NCBI RefSeq assembly: GCF_006345805.1
Contig: NC_042999.1
Span: 164,672,001 to 164,736,000 of the forward strand
Source: Octopus sinensis
Taxonomy: Eukaryota
DNA length: 64,000 bases
Direction of reading: 5' to 3'
Positions 27,327-41,900 of the stretch are shown here, piece after piece. Each line of letters starts with the position of its first letter. Position 1 is the stretch's first letter. The notes beneath the pieces were generated by a model. It saw only the letters and a program-made list of their open reading frames with translations. It made no database searches and was not told the DNA's origin. The position numbers were made by a program, and so were the translations under genes.

Positions 27327-29938
27327 CACTAAACTGCAAAAAAAATGTGCTTTTTTCAAATGTCATTTTTATATGGTAAATTCTGAAAATTTATTTCAGG
27401 GATGTAAGTGTAAATATTCCAAGACATGCTGGTTTAACCCTTTCGTTACCAAACCGCCCAAAACCGCCCGAAAAAAATTTTGGTTAATGAGACCAAACCG
27501 CCCAAAGCCGCCCGAATTTACCTATTCATATTTAAATGAGAATATCAGAGCAAATCTCTTTAGTACATTCGTGAAAACACGTATTATACTTCGTAAACAG
27601 TTCAACTACAGTTTTGTACAAAAATCGAAGTGTAATTTTAATTCCGTGAATTTTGGGAGATTTTTTTCCAAAATTTGTTCCTATTGTGTTTTCAAAATTT
27701 GTAATTCTGACAAAAAATGGATACGAATTTCATTATATCAAGCAGCGAGTCAGAATTCGAAGGATTTTCTACTGAAGACCTTCATAAATCTAACTCTATG
27801 ACTGAAAAAAAAAAGCATGTGGTATTTGATAATGAATCTGATGTTTCATTTTCCGAAAGTGAAAACAGTGAATCCGAGATCTTCGACAGCGATAAAGAAA
27901 ACGAATTGGCACCTGTATGGAGTGAAAATTTAAAAACTGTTTCTTTCGGTGATTTTTTCTGAAGAAACTGGACCAAGCCACAGACTTTCCCAGAAGAGTA
28001 AAGCCTTAAACTATTTCTTTTTACTTTTTCGAATGAGCCTATTTGAAATCATTACAGCGAAAACGAACCGTTACGCTAAATGTAAACAAAACGATACTTT
28101 GTGGTTTCCCATAACCTTAAATTAAATTAAGACTATTTTGCCATAAATATTATTATGGGTATCAGAAAGTTACCCAGAATAACAAATTCTATCGTAAAAT
28201 TTTGTTGTATACCCAATTGAATATTAGCTAATAACCCATTTTCTATAGCGATGTTTGAACAAAATTTTAATAATTTTATATTTTGTTGAATTTACCTGTA
28301 TCTACCTGCCATTAGTCACTTTGTGACAAAAATTATAGTATAGAATTGGTTGAGAACATTTCATTAAATTATCTTCCAAAATTCACGTTAATATATTGAT
28401 AAATAAAAAAGTTATAGTTGTTTAATGAAACCAGACTAAATTTTTGATTACGTTAGAAATTAATTGAAACACATAAGGGGTGTAATTTGGTCAGAAATAT
28501 AGTAACGAAAGGGTTAAGGCTGAGACCCAAATTGCAGGTAACCTTTCAACTTATCCTGAAATGAGATGCCAAAATGCAGCTGTGTTGAATGCTGTGGGTG
28601 GCAATCGCAAACAACTGTCATGAAAACTGAAATGCATGTGCATCTTGGGGAGGTTATGGGTATAAAAAATCAACTTGAACTGCATTCCTGGCATTCGTAA
28701 TTTGGACACATCAGGTATAGCCTGATGGGCAGCAATACAGAGTGAACAAGCAGAGTGGCCAATAGCAAGCAGGGCAATGCGCCCAGGTTGTTGCAAAAGC
28801 TTACAATGTTCATGCCAGCACCATCTATTGTCTGCAACAGCAATACAACAACACCAACAGAACTGCAGAATGTGCTCGCAGAGGGAACCCCCGAGTGACC
28901 ACGCCCAGGCATGACTACTTCATCCACCTGCAACACCTCCATGATTGCTTCAGACTGGCCAGTGTGACAGCTTGCAGGACTTTTTGAACTGGACAGTGAC
29001 CCATCAGTAACAACATGGTATGATGTTGACTGGCCGCCAACAACCTGTGTTGCCATCATCCTGCTTGATGGCCTGTCCACACCACCGGTCAGGCACAACT
29101 ACAGTGGGCTACCAGCATTGGCAGCATCAACAATGGAGGTCGATAGCCTTCTCTGATGAGAGCCAGTACTGTGTTTTCACCTCAGATGGTAGAGCGAGGG
29201 TGTGGCATAGGAGGGATGAATGCTGCAGAGATGCATGTGTCATGAAGAGAGAGACACACGGGGTGGCTAAAGCATCATGGTTTGGGGTGCTATAGGCCTG
29301 AATTAGAGAACTGGGCCCCATGTGTTCCAAAATGTTGGTGTGGGCAGGGGGAATGGCATCACAGTGCAGCGCTATGTTGACCAGATCCTAAGACCTCACA
29401 TCATGCCCTTCTTTGCATATCACCAGAGCCACATGTTCCAGCAGGACAATGCTCCCTCCCACATGGTCAGGTTCACCATGGACTTCCTGCATCAGCACAA
29501 CATCAGAACCATGCCATGGCCGGCTATCATCCCATATTTGAACTCAAATGAACACCTGTGGGATGAAATGTAGAGACAGCTGAACCAGGTGGTCCCAGGG
29601 CCGACAACTTGTGTGGAACTGGAGGCAGCTTTCCTCAGAGTATGGGCACAGGTACCAATAGCCTTTGTGAACCGCTTCATGTACTCCATGTACTGATGGT
29701 GTATGGCCGATTTTGACCCCCAGGGAGGGTATACACAGTATTGAACATGCCACATCCTACAATCTCGATGTATTGGATCTACCCACTAACAGAACACATG
29801 ACAATGACCCATAGACTGCAGTCAAAGTGCATCCAAGAAACTGACTTTATCAGATTTATCAAAATTTATCTCTGACATAATGAAATTAAAACATATTTCA
29901 CAGTCACACACGTCATGCATTTCTTTTGCGCTTCAATG
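27327..29938 (+). mobile_element. Tc1-family (DD34E) transposon, defective, interrupted by a piggyBac
   Basis: Imperfect TIRs TA-CACTAAACTGCAAAAAAAATG and CATTTCTTTTGCGCTTCAATG-TA. Transposase motifs FSDES, QQDNAPSH, and E exactly 34 residues after the second D (NSNEHLWD). Frameshifts and stops are present. Confidence 0.88.
27434..28517 (+). mobile_element. Internally deleted piggyBac element
   Basis: TTAA-CCCTTTCGTTAC ... GTAACGAAAGGG-TTAA gives a perfect 12-bp TIR with TTAA TSD. It has subterminal ACCGCCC repeats and an acidic PGBD-like N-terminus (27717-27962) followed by EIITAKTNRYA and IIMGIRKLPRI remnants. The catalytic part is absent. Confidence 0.92.
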
Positions 29939-32900
29939 TATTGTATAAAATCACAATTATTTCAAATCTAAACACAAATTTCAGAATAATTAACTAACAG
30001 TAACCATAGAAATTCCATGGTTATTTTGAAAATCAGAAGCCCATTGGACATTTATAGAGAACAATGATTGTTTGAAATTTAATTAAATTCTTGAGATGGT
30101 GTGAAGTGTACAAAGACTGTAGATGTGGTATTTGGACCATTTTTGAAAATCATATTCTTTGCATATACGGTTGTTTCATAAAGACTTGCTTGTTAACTCT
30201 TTAACCTTGAGAAATGTTAGCTGTTGTTTTGGTCTTCAAATCATGAATGACTGTATTAGCTCTAACAAAAGACTCTGCAACATTGTCCATGACAAAATAC
30301 TAATTTGTTTTTTTGCATCTATTTTGTTAAATATATACAACAAACACTTTAAACAATCTTAACTATGGAATGAAAGCAAAGACTATCTATCTCCTATATT
30401 TCTCTAGCATATGCCTGCATTAGTAATGTTATAATAAATCTGAATATGATGTACTAAATCCTTGCTGAGCTTGAACCAACATTCCCAGAGAACAAAGCAT
30501 AGTAGCTGCTCTAGAGAGCTATAGATTCTAAAAGTATATATCAATAATATACTACACTAAATTAAAATATTTCTTAGACAATTATCTTATGAATAATATT
30601 GATAATATGTGTCTGTAATAGATTACATCTTTAATTTTATTGCATAGTTTATTAGTCAACTATCCCACAAATAAACATATCTGCCATAAATTGTCTTTGG
30701 ATTTGTTCCATAGTTTCTCAGTCAACTGTTATGTCTTTAATTTCATTCCATAGACCATAGCAAAATAATATTATTAATCAAAACATAACATCTACTTAAA
30801 TACAGCAGAGCAAATGTTTTTTGTTGATGTTGCTATTGTTATTTATTTTCCAGATGATTTTTTTGTTTCTTTTCTAAAGTGTCATCTAATATACCATGGC
30901 AGATTTACTGGCTCTAATTTCAAGAAGTCAAAGTTCATATCAGTTTAGAGCTGCAGGATAGCGTTTAATTGAAGGTTTCTTTCTTTTTAAATTAAATTTA
31001 ATTAAAACTGATAGAGCCAATATGATTAAAACAGGAGAGGTGTTATAGAAGAAACAGTGATGGGAAGAGAGAAAAAAGTTGAGGGTGCGAGAGAGAGAGG
31101 GAGAGAGGGAGAGAGAGAGAGAAGATATGGAGCAAAAGTGAAAGTAGTGGTGGTTTGCAATAACAGTGATAGATGGTTGCATGTGTGTGTGTGTGTATAC
31201 ATATGTGTGCAAGTGTCTATTAAGCATATGCATTCATTTGCTGGAAATTAAAATTTCTCCATATTTCCCAGGCCCATGAAGCAAGCTGATATTAATGGCA
31301 AGACCAAGAACCAAAGGGCATATTATCTAACCATAACAGAAACAGTATGCCAAGCCATTAAACAGGTTATTAGTTTTCTGGCTACACTTTAGCTAATCTG
31401 GAAAATATTATATGAAACCAATACTCTGATGGAAGATAGGAAGGAGTAAAAAGATTGGAGTTCCAAACAAAATAAATTCATTGCAATATTTAGTTATGTT
31501 CTTTTTTTTTTTTTTGCATGTTGTGATTTCAAATCCCACCAAGGTCAACTTTGCGATTCATCCAGCAGATGCTCAGTAAAATATATACCAGTCGTGTAAG
31601 GCAGTTGCTTAAACTAACAAGATATATATGTCTAAATTGTGATCTTGTTATGTAAAACATGGCCAGATTGTTGCAAATATAAATAAGCTACACAATCAGA
31701 CAGTTTTGCATTTAAATTAATATCAAAAGAATGAAGTGTATCAGTTATGACCTGCTTTTAACTCACACAAAGAAGTCAATGTTGTTCTGTTAAGATACAG
31801 TCCCCCAGGCTTTACACAGTTTCATAAATACCAGAATCAACTGTTAGCAAGTAGCAGATAATAGAAGCAATGGCTATGGCATTAGAACATGGTATATATA
31901 AAGAGATTGTCTCAACAAATACTTAAGGAATCACAAAGTTATGGTTAATTTGGAATCTAAAACCAAAATGGTAATTTGAAGGGCTATGCACAATAATCTT
32001 GCTTCAAAGTCAATAGGAAAAACAAACACACAAAAGCAACTTTTTCTTAAAATATGTCATCATTGATTATTTTCTAATACTATTAACAATTGATTCATTT
32101 GCATTGCGTCCCTTTTTTTCTATGCTGGCATAAGTCAAATGTATATTTGAGGTAATATTTTACAGGCAGATGTACTGTCCATCAATCAACCATATCATTT
32201 TGCAAGTTATGGAATCTTATTTTTTTTTTACATGCTGTTATATAAATGATTTTAGCCACCAATATCTTCAGGGAATATTTTTTTAGTTATATGGGTATAA
32301 TATTTTGAACACATTACATAGTAATTAATTATATTTTCTGTATTTTCTGTAGAGTCCATGCCATGTCATACACTGATTTTGCTTGATATATCATACAACA
32401 ATCAACAAATATTCAAATAACTAAAAAAAAATAAGAAAAATAATTTTACTTTGTAATTATTGATAAAAATTTGAACTTCCTCAAGTCAATAATTTTGTAA
32501 GATACACTCAATTACACAAGGTGGACAAAAACAAAGACATCTATGTTTTTGATGGGTGGATAGGTTAACTGAGGAGTGGTTAAAATAGTAGTATGCAGTA
32601 GGTCTTAGTGAAAAGATTGTTAATACTCAGAAGATGACTAAAACAAGTATGATCTGAGATAACAGTTGTTGCAAAACTAATTAATGTGTTTCTGTTTTAG
32701 ACCAGCTTGTCAGATGATGTTTAGACTGGTAAGAAGGCATCCTCCTAACACACTGACACCAACTCAGTCGCTGGCAAATAACTTCAGTTTGGGGCTGGTT
32801 CAGAGAAGATAGTAATAATGTCAGGCACAGAAAGATAACATGTAGAATAAGGTGAAAACGTGGCTACACATATGCCAAGAATGCCAAACAATGAGAAAGC

Positions 32901-34899
32901 CAAGAAGAAAGCTTTCAAGAAACAAAGACATTCAATTATAATAAACGCCAAAAAGGTGTAAGATGTATGCTTCTTAAGAGTTTAATTCTGAACTTAGAAC
33001 AACGATAAACAAAACTAAAAATAGTTTTATTTTTAACTTAAAAAGTACAAAAACTGCAATAAGAAACTCCAACAAATATATAATAATAGAGTTGGTATAG
33101 TTTGATTTTTCGTTTTTTGGTGAGAAATAATAAAAAAAGAATGTAAATTGTTTTCATCTGAAAAGCTATAAGATTGTAACCTGATACTGGAAACATGAAA
33201 AGAAAAAAAATTAGTGTGTTTATAAAAATACCAATCTCAGGTTACATATGCATGACACAGGTTGGCAACAATATTTATATATACCAATTCATGGAGCATC
33301 CTTCTACGCAAACAGACTAATAAGAATTCATTTCTCTACACAGCATATCCACAGATTTATAGTTGTAAAAGGGATCAACATATCAGATGTTTAATTTGTG
33401 TATTAAGTTGCAAACTGATTTGTTTCATCTCTGTTTTCTTCCTTTTTTAAACAAGTGAGAATGTTGATAAAATACAAACCCCTAAAATAGATTGTCCAGC
33501 AAACCAATTTCTTTTTCAGTTTCAGGTTTTAAATATTAATGATCTGTACGGACACAGTGTATTTAATTATGCAACCATAATATACTACAAAGTATATTAA
33601 GCATGTTTATAAGTCAATATAAGAAACATCATAGCAAAATTAGTGCTGGCCATAATTTCTATAGAAAATCTGAAGAGACAACTTTAACAAGTGGACATTT
33701 TATGTTTGTATATTCACTCATCAACACCACACACTCTCTACTACTGAGCCGTAACCCTCTCCTGGTGACAACATCTATGAGCAATAACAGTCCATAATCT
33801 ATAAAGAGCAATTCTTCTAACAATGATACCCTAACGTAATACACTAACCTCTATCTTTACTTTAATGTTAGCAACAAATGCTTAAACAATCTTTTGTTTT
33901 CTCTAAGGAAAACAAAATTTTTTTTAAAATGTGAACCTCAAACTGTTGTAGGTTCCAATGTGAACGGTGAATACTTGCATAATGGTAACATTTTGAAATG
34001 GCCAAAGAAAATTTTGATGATATATATGTAGAAAGATCATTTTTAGTTCCCAAACTTGCAAGCTGTCCAAATGCTTTAATGTAAGGAGTTATAGTCTTTA
34101 GTAGCAAAGCCCATAAAGTTATCCAAGCTAGATTAATGTTTCTGCATGACAGACACGTTTTTTACTTGGCAGTGTGTTTATCTATCTATCATTACATTCA
34201 GTTTTGGAAGGGCAGTATTTTCAACATTATCACCCTCTCTGAGCAGTTGGAAAACATAGTGAAAATCAGGTCTCACACACATTTCTTTTCAATTTGATGA
34301 TAATTGTCTGTTGTCTGCTTAATGCTTCCACCCTTTAAGGAAGTGTCTAATCAGATAAAGTAGACTTGATAAATTCATTATATAAGTTTGGTGGGTGGGA
34401 GATATGAATAAGTACCATAACTCTGTTCTAAACTTTTTCAACAGTCTATATATCTTATTGTAGATAATATCAATGATGAGACAGTTTTATCTATTAAGAT
34501 ATTTCTAATTCATTAATAAAGACAACTATTTACTGAGATATACTGGCTACTTGTTCAGTTTATCTATTTTATACATATTATTGTATCTATGCAAAGAGAG
34601 TAGTCAAATTCTCAGAATTTTACTCAGGTTTAAATTTCCATATGTTGCAGGTGTTAACATAGTTGAATAGTGGATAAACACAGCAGATATTTGGGTCATT
34701 AGTTAGTAACTATTGAACCACACGTATTGAGCAAGTTCAACAGCACTTAAGCTTTAATATAGCTGGGTACAATTGTGATAACTGGGGCATGATAGATAGC
34801 CATGTTAGATAGATTAATAATTTTGAGATCAAATACCTTCCCAACAATAACCTGAAGTCATGACAAAAGCAAACCACATGTGTCGCAGGAAAGAAACGT

Positions 34900-35450
34900 T
34901 GAAACTAGGATAGCAACAGGAAGCCTCATTCCATCTTTTCTCAATGAAATTTATTTTCTTAATTTAAAGAACAATGATGAACTGTGCACATTGAACTCTC
35001 GGGAAACCTACAAATTATCCCCACTTCACAAAATGAAACTCTGTTGACCAACAGGTGATAGTCCAAGGTTTAGGAATTCTTGTTGGCAGGGTCCTAGGTT
35101 TAAGTTTGAAAAGTTTAACTAATTTCTTTTACTTGTTCAAAGAATATTGGAGTTTTATCACTTTGTAGAGTTACATTAGGTTGAGAAGATAGTGTGCTGG
35201 ATGACTAACTAAAAGATTGTATCTTGTATTCTCTCAATCATACTTTCCACTCCCACATGGGAAGAATCAGCAGTTTGTAAGCAGCTGTGCACTGTACAGC
35301 ATATCAATAAGAATACCAAGTTCAAAACTGACCGAAGTAAAGACAGTACAATTGGAAACTTCTCTAGCATTCTTCCTCATTCTTTCCCAAATCTTTTCCT
35401 CTGGTCTTGAGTCTGATTACTAGTATTGAGTGATGGTGATTAAACAACTG
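34900..35450 (-). mobile_element. Very degenerate LINE endonuclease remnant (RTE-like)
   Basis: The minus strand gives VHSCLQTADSSHVGVESMIERIQDTI, a weak match to VYAPTAD..EEVEEFYEQLQDTI. Confidence 0.3.
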
Positions 35451-36213
35451 GTCAAACTCACCACATGTGCTATTGTCCACCACCAAATGAAGATCATTCA
35501 CGAATGTGTAAGATTCCAGAAAGACAATATGAAAGATTTCTGCTATGTAATTATTAGATATTATAAAAGAGACAAAAGTTGTAACAAGCTCAATACTAGA
35601 CACACTATAATTTGTTTCTGGTATATTAATCACATCGTTTTATATCTCTGCTAGATAATACACTTAAAACCAGAGCAACAGGCTATTCAACAAATCTCTA
35701 GCATAGCAAAATGCTCTGCATTAGTCTAATATTTTGATGAGAAAAACGCAATAATTCAAATTATGGAAAAATATAAATATTTTTAAAATAAAGGTATATC
35801 ATATAATTTAGAAAAGCACTGTAGCAATTAATTCACAGCTTTACTATATTTTTAAAATCCTGATTCAGATTGTTGATCTATGAGTCTGACCTGGCCAATT
35901 ATACGTACATTTTTCTCCTTGAGCAAGTCACTTCACTCAACTAGGATATAATTTTCATAACAGAAAATGTTATGTAATGAGAGTCAGTCTTGAGAGGAAA
36001 GTCTATTTGGAATACTTCCAATAGACAGGGCAAACAGACTGTTTTACTAAGAATATATGTTTATGTATATACATACTTATGCATACATACAATTACATAT
36101 ATGTATGTATGTATAAATACATTCACACTTGTATGCATTTGTCAGGATATACATATCATTTAATACCCTTTTTCCCATGCTGGCAGGGACTGGACTTTGC
36201 TGGCATTTATCGG

Positions 36214-36245
<32 letters not shown>

Positions 36246-36349
36246 ACATATATGGGTTATGCTTGAAGAGATGCATATTATCATAATTTTCAAAATTTGC
36301 TTTCAAAATATCATTATTTGGTTTGATTTCCTTATTATAATATACACAG

Positions 36350-36538
36350 ACCTCACTAGAGCTGGTGTCACATAAAAGGCACCCAGTGCATTCCGTAAAG
36401 ACAATCCAGCCAGCCATAAAGACCATACCAAAGCAGATAGTGGAGATTGGTGTAGTTCTCTGGCAAGCCAGCTTTTGTCAAACTGTTCAACCCATGCCAG
36501 CGTGGAAGACAAATGTTAAATGATGATGATGATGATTA
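36350..36538 (+). mobile_element. Family B tail
   Basis: ggcacccagtgcatt...cccatgccagcgtggaagacaaatgttaaa(TGA)n. Confidence 0.75.
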
Positions 36539-36638
36539 TTTATATCTAATTATTAAAGTGGAAAAATTATTAGAAAAGCCATTTCTATTCATTTTTTCTA
36601 ATATGTAATACTGTACAAGGACCTTCTATTTCTTATTC

Positions 36639-36669
<31 letters not shown>

Positions 36670-38092
36670 ATGCCTCATCTCCCTGCCATGTATCTCCTAA
36701 AACACATCTCCCTCCACCCATCATGCAACCTATGTATAAGGATTTTCATAAGACCTATCTGTGTCCAATGCACTTTACCAACACGCTTTGTCTATTGCAA
36801 ATCATTGGTCAGTACTCCCTCCTCCTCAGGCCACTTTGATATTGTCATCTATCACATTGACTATTGTTCACCTCTCACTTAAAACACCCTGTTTCTCCCA
36901 TCACACCTGTCCACACTGGATCATACTTGTTCTACTCTCATACTGGTCAATTACACTTGTTTCATTTATCATTTCCCTCTCACCTATTCTCCTTCACAAA
37001 GTTACCTAGAGTGGACATACATGCCTTAGAGCAATGAAAACTCTTTATTTTCACACTATACAAGACAACTAACTCCCTTTGAGCTGGTATCATGATAATA
37101 TGCACCCAGTACAATCTCTATGAACAAAGCGAGTGAAGGGCTGAAAGGAATCTTTAACCTTGTCTTGTCTTGTTGAGGACATGACAACCCTTCTTGTGCT
37201 GGTGCCATAAAGAATTGTACCCGGTATACCTCATAAAGTTGTAGATGACAGGAAGACGATCCAGCTGTAAAAGCTAAGACAAATTGAAACATACAAACAA
37301 GACATAACTCCCAAACTCAATTAGAAATGTAACAACTCCTGATCTCAAAACAGACTCAAGCTGTGACAATACTTCCAACCCAACCTGCTGTAGAAAAGCA
37401 ACATAATTTATACAGATACACACAGACACACATCCACATGCATATATATTTCACACACTGACATACGCATATGCATGTATATGTTTATATATATATGTGT
37501 GTGTGTGCGTGCATATAATTTTACAAAGCAAGAGTTAACCTACTAAATTTAATTCTTTATTGCTTCTTTATTCATTTTCTGTTTTTTTTTTTATGTGACA
37601 GTCAATAGATTTTGTCAGCTAATTATATGGGCTACAACAAGGTAACAGAATAGTAATGGTTGTCAAACAATTATATCTATAGTTTTGTTACACAAACAAA
37701 TAATGATATATATCGTGAACCAAAGAAGGAACCACTACACAGTCACTCAAACAAGTGGAATATTTAGGCTGGATATGGCTGGTTTAAATGCTAAAAAATT
37801 ACTTCTTACCATCTTAAATAAGGACACACTAGATAATGTAGTCATACATATTCCTAAAATTATAGGAACCTCACTCCTCCCTATCATTTTATCTTTTCCC
37901 TATTTCTGACCTATAAGTTCACTTGATTAGTTTTGACTTGTGGTTTAATAACAATGACACCTATCACAAATCAAAGAGTAAGCCTCTGTTTAGTTGCTCA
38001 ACCTGTTAGAAACAGAAGTTAAATCTCCTCAAATCACACCCTACTGTCTTTAAAAAGAGAGGGTATTTTAAATAATGTAGCCTTAGAGACAT

Positions 38093-38317
38093 CTAATCCT
38101 TTAGTGTTCATATTAATCTGTCAAATATGTTTATTTGTTCACATTGTTTTGAATTAATTATGCATTATCTCATAACTTCTAAATTTCAGTGACATTATTG
38201 TTTATTTTAAGAATGACATTGTAGGGTAGGTGCAAGAGGCTGGATCTGGTCAGTCTGAACATAAAACAGGTAGAATATTTGAGCTGGATTTAGCTGGTTT
38301 AAATACTAAAGGGTTAA
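38093..38317. mobile_element. piggyBac-type MITE, second copy in reverse orientation
   Basis: Reverse-complement match to 19729-19957, ending AAATACTAAAGGG-TTAA. The left TSD has decayed to CTAA. Confidence 0.75.
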
Positions 38318-39949
38318 CCCACACTGAGCCTACTTAATCAGGACTACTCACAAGGGGCTAAAGAGCAATGATATCTGCACACAGCAGGTTTCATCATATA
38401 AACTGTTAGGTTCGCAAAATGAAATTGTTTTACAGCAGAATGAAAGTGTTGGATAAAATACTTTGTGGCATTTCTTTTGGCTCTTTACATTCTGAGTTCA
38501 AATCCCACCATAGTCAATTATAACTTTTATCCTTTTAGGGCAATAAAATAAAATACCAGTCAAGTACTGGAGTAAATGATTTAAACTGAAATCCTCCCTT
38601 CAAAAATAATTAGTATTTTTTCAGTTTTATTTTTTTTTCTTCATAATTTATTCATAAGACCTTTATTATTTAGTTGACTCAATTGAGTTAGCTTAGTCTA
38701 GTAGCCTCAGTGATGTAGGTTAGTGTTGTTGTAGTACTCTGTTATAAAGGCTATATGAGTTAGTCTTGTAACGGTCCTGTCTTCCAAAGGCACAGGGCCT
38801 GAAATTTTGGTGGAGGGGCCAGTTGATTACATTGACCTCAATACCTGATAGGTACTTAGTTTACTAACCCTGAAAGGATGAAAGTCAAAGTCAACCTTGG
38901 CAGAATTTGAACACAGAACATAAAGACATTCTGTCTTGTGTAATAATGATTTGATTCAACTGACTATTTAGTCTGGAAACAATACTCTGTTATAAATGTT
39001 AAAGTTCCATCTGCAGCAATCCTTTTTTTTTTTTTTTCAGGTAGTTTTTCTAAGACTGTAATATTCAATGTATTCTTCCTTTTTAAGATAATAGGGTGTA
39101 ATTTGAAGAAGGTTTGTCTATTATTGCAACTAGGTTCTGGAACTGCATAGAGATTCTGTCACTTTGTGTGAACCCTTCTCACTTAAGTTGGCTGCTATAG
39201 ATTTTAGTTTCTTTTTTAGTGCCTCTTTATTTTTTAAAAATTACTTTTTTTTTAGAAGCACAGAAAGTAGACTAAGGCTCAAAAATAATGTTAGCCACTG
39301 AATATTGTTTTTTGTTTTTTTTTTGCCACCACATAAATATATTTCATTTGATTTTTAAAGCTAACATTTAATTAATCATTGTTTTTGCATGTAAATGCCA
39401 CTTCCAAATGATTTACTCTCTGGAAAAAATCAACTCCTGTACAATATTGTACATCTCATCAATACTTCAGTAAATACAATGAAATTGATGCTTTGCTAAA
39501 GAGGTCTAAGAAGACTGAAACATGTCTAGAGTTATCTACACTTGCCTGAATAATTAAAATAATATTAGTCATTCAACAAATCTCAGCTTTTTTTTCACTG
39601 CATAATTATTTTTATCAGTATTATTTCATGCTCCTTGCATTATGAAAGTCTCCTTCTTTTATAAAAATAGAAGCTATGTACAAAACAGTAAAAAAAAAAA
39701 AGATTTTTTTTGTTTAAACAAGTGAAAATAAATGCAATAAAAAAAAAGATAACATATTGTAGATTCAATCTAATTCAAACTTAGGTGAAAGAAATATCTC
39801 TCTTTGCAGTGGAATTCTGCTAGTTTTTCCAATTGACTGACTTCATCAAACATAAAACTATTCATTCTGCTTCCAATCAAGTGTCATAAAAGACTCTTCA
39901 CCATTGTTTGGTTCAGTGAGATCTATTCTTCAGAGAGAATTCTGCCTAT

Positions 39950-40360
39950 TCACTGTAGTGGTGGCAGTGTGTATGTGTGTGTGTGTGTGGGTGTGTGTGG
40001 GTGGGTGGTTGGTTGAGATGGGGTGGGTGAATGGTTCCATGCAAAATAGCTACTAGCAATAATAAATAATAACAGTGGTGTTGGTGTTGGTGGTGACAAG
40101 AGTGTTTGTTAATGGTAGTGGTGGTGGTTTTTGTGATGAGAATAGAGGGCAGTGGTGGTGGTGGCGCTTGGTATGGTAGCAATGATGATGATGATGATGA
40201 TGAGAGCAATGCCACTACTGCCATCCCTACCATTACATCCAACAATTAAAACAACAATAGCAGGCTGTAAATAGAACTGTTGTTCTGCTGCTATTGATGA
40301 CAATGCTGCTGCTGCTGCTGATGAAGATGATGATGATGAAGATGATGATGATGATTCTTA
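39950..40360. repeat. Compound trinucleotide microsatellite field (GGT/GAT/GCT/GT)
   Basis: Seen directly. It accounts for several spurious low-complexity ORFs. Confidence 0.85.
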
Positions 40361-41384
40361 TATTATTTATAGGCCATTGTTGTGCAGCACAATGCTACAC
40401 TACTTGTTAAGTACTCTTTGCTTCATCTCCTTTTACTTAATCACTGTACTTCCACACATACACAGCAGATCTTTATTGATGCTGAGTGCAGCTTCTCTGT
40501 TGAGCCAAAGAAGAAAGCAGACTGGCCTGTGCATCATACACACACACATGCACACACACACACACACCACACACACACACACATACACAGTATTCCACTT
40601 ATTTGTATCTAATATTCTACCACTGTTCTTCCCCATTCCGCACCACACCCAACATGCCACTTAGTCTGAGCTATTTCCTAATAGTAAAGTAATTTGCACG
40701 GCTAATCTGTGTGGCAGGCACTGACAGTAATGAAAGAGTCGTTCCCCCACCCCACCTCCCTCTATTTCCTTGACATTTTTTTTTTCTGAACTTATAAAAA
40801 CAATTAATCCCCTTTGCAGTTTAATCTCAAAATTTACCCACTGTTTATGACAGAATCAACTGCTAAAGAAGCTACTTGATAAGTGAATTGCTGCTGAAGA
40901 AGTGATTAATCATTACTCAGAGAGCATCTATAGCGAGTATGCATTCACAGATACATAATGCCACGCCATGAATTGCAGCCGTTATAGTCTATCATCAATA
41001 TGTTTCCAGTAACAAGGCAACAGATGTGTGTGCATAAATATAGTCACTTGAATCAACACCACTCTTAAGCTTAACACTTATTTCATGAAACCCAGAGGCT
41101 AAACGCTAACCCTAAACTTTAGTAGGTCAACCTTAGTTAGAAGTGAACTTGGAGCACATAAAGAAAACCCTGTAAGGCATTCAATGTGGTGTTCCTCAAC
41201 TGTTTCTCATACTCTGCTTGTGACAAATATTGTCACATCTCTTCAAAGTCTTCCTAAATTGTTCCAGGTAACTTACATCAATCTTCTGATTTATGTTTAT
41301 GTCACATCTTGAATTTCTTATCATTGAATATCATCATTATTGTCATCAACATCATCATTATTATTATTACTATTATTATTATTC

Positions 41385-41900
41385 TACCAAGGTCGACTTT
41401 GCCTTTCATCCTTTCAGGATTGATAAATTCAGTACCGGTGAAACACTGGGGTTGATGTAATTAACTAGTCCTCTCTCCACAAATTCCAGGCCATGAGCCT
41501 ATAGTAGAAAGGATTATTATTATTATTACTATTATTGATATGAAGGCAGCAAGTTGGCAGAATCACTAGCATGCAAGATGAAATCCTTAGTGATATTTTG
41601 CTCATTGCGGAGTTCAAATTCCGCTGAGGTAGATTTTGTCTTTCATTCTTTTGGGGTTGATGAAATAAGTACCAGTTGAGCACTGGGGTTTGACTTACCA
41701 CCTTCCCTGAAATTGCTGGCCTTGTGGCAAAATTTAAAATTATTATTATTACTATTATTATCTGAGAACAAATCCTGCTAAGGTCAACTTTACCTTTCAT
41801 CCTTCTACAGTGAATAAAATAAGGTGCGAATCAAGTAAGGGGATTGATGGTATTGACTAACATCCTTTACTCAAAACTATTAAACTTGTGCCTAAATTAT
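41385..41900 (+). mobile_element. Cluster of three SINE family C copies separated by (ATT)n
   Basis: aaggcagcaagttggcagaatc...gagttcaaattccgctgagg...tttcattc...accag..gagcactggggttga repeats at about 41385, 41540 and 41770. Confidence 0.8.

Noticed and set aside
27295-27801. 168-aa plus-strand ORF
   Set aside because: It runs across the Tc1 left end and the piggyBac TIR and leader, so it is a chance frame.
32701-32728. Plus-strand 28-nt exon-like segment (tttctgttttag ... CTG|GTAAGA)
   Set aside because: One short open frame (PACQMMFRL) with no recognisable homology and no partner exons.
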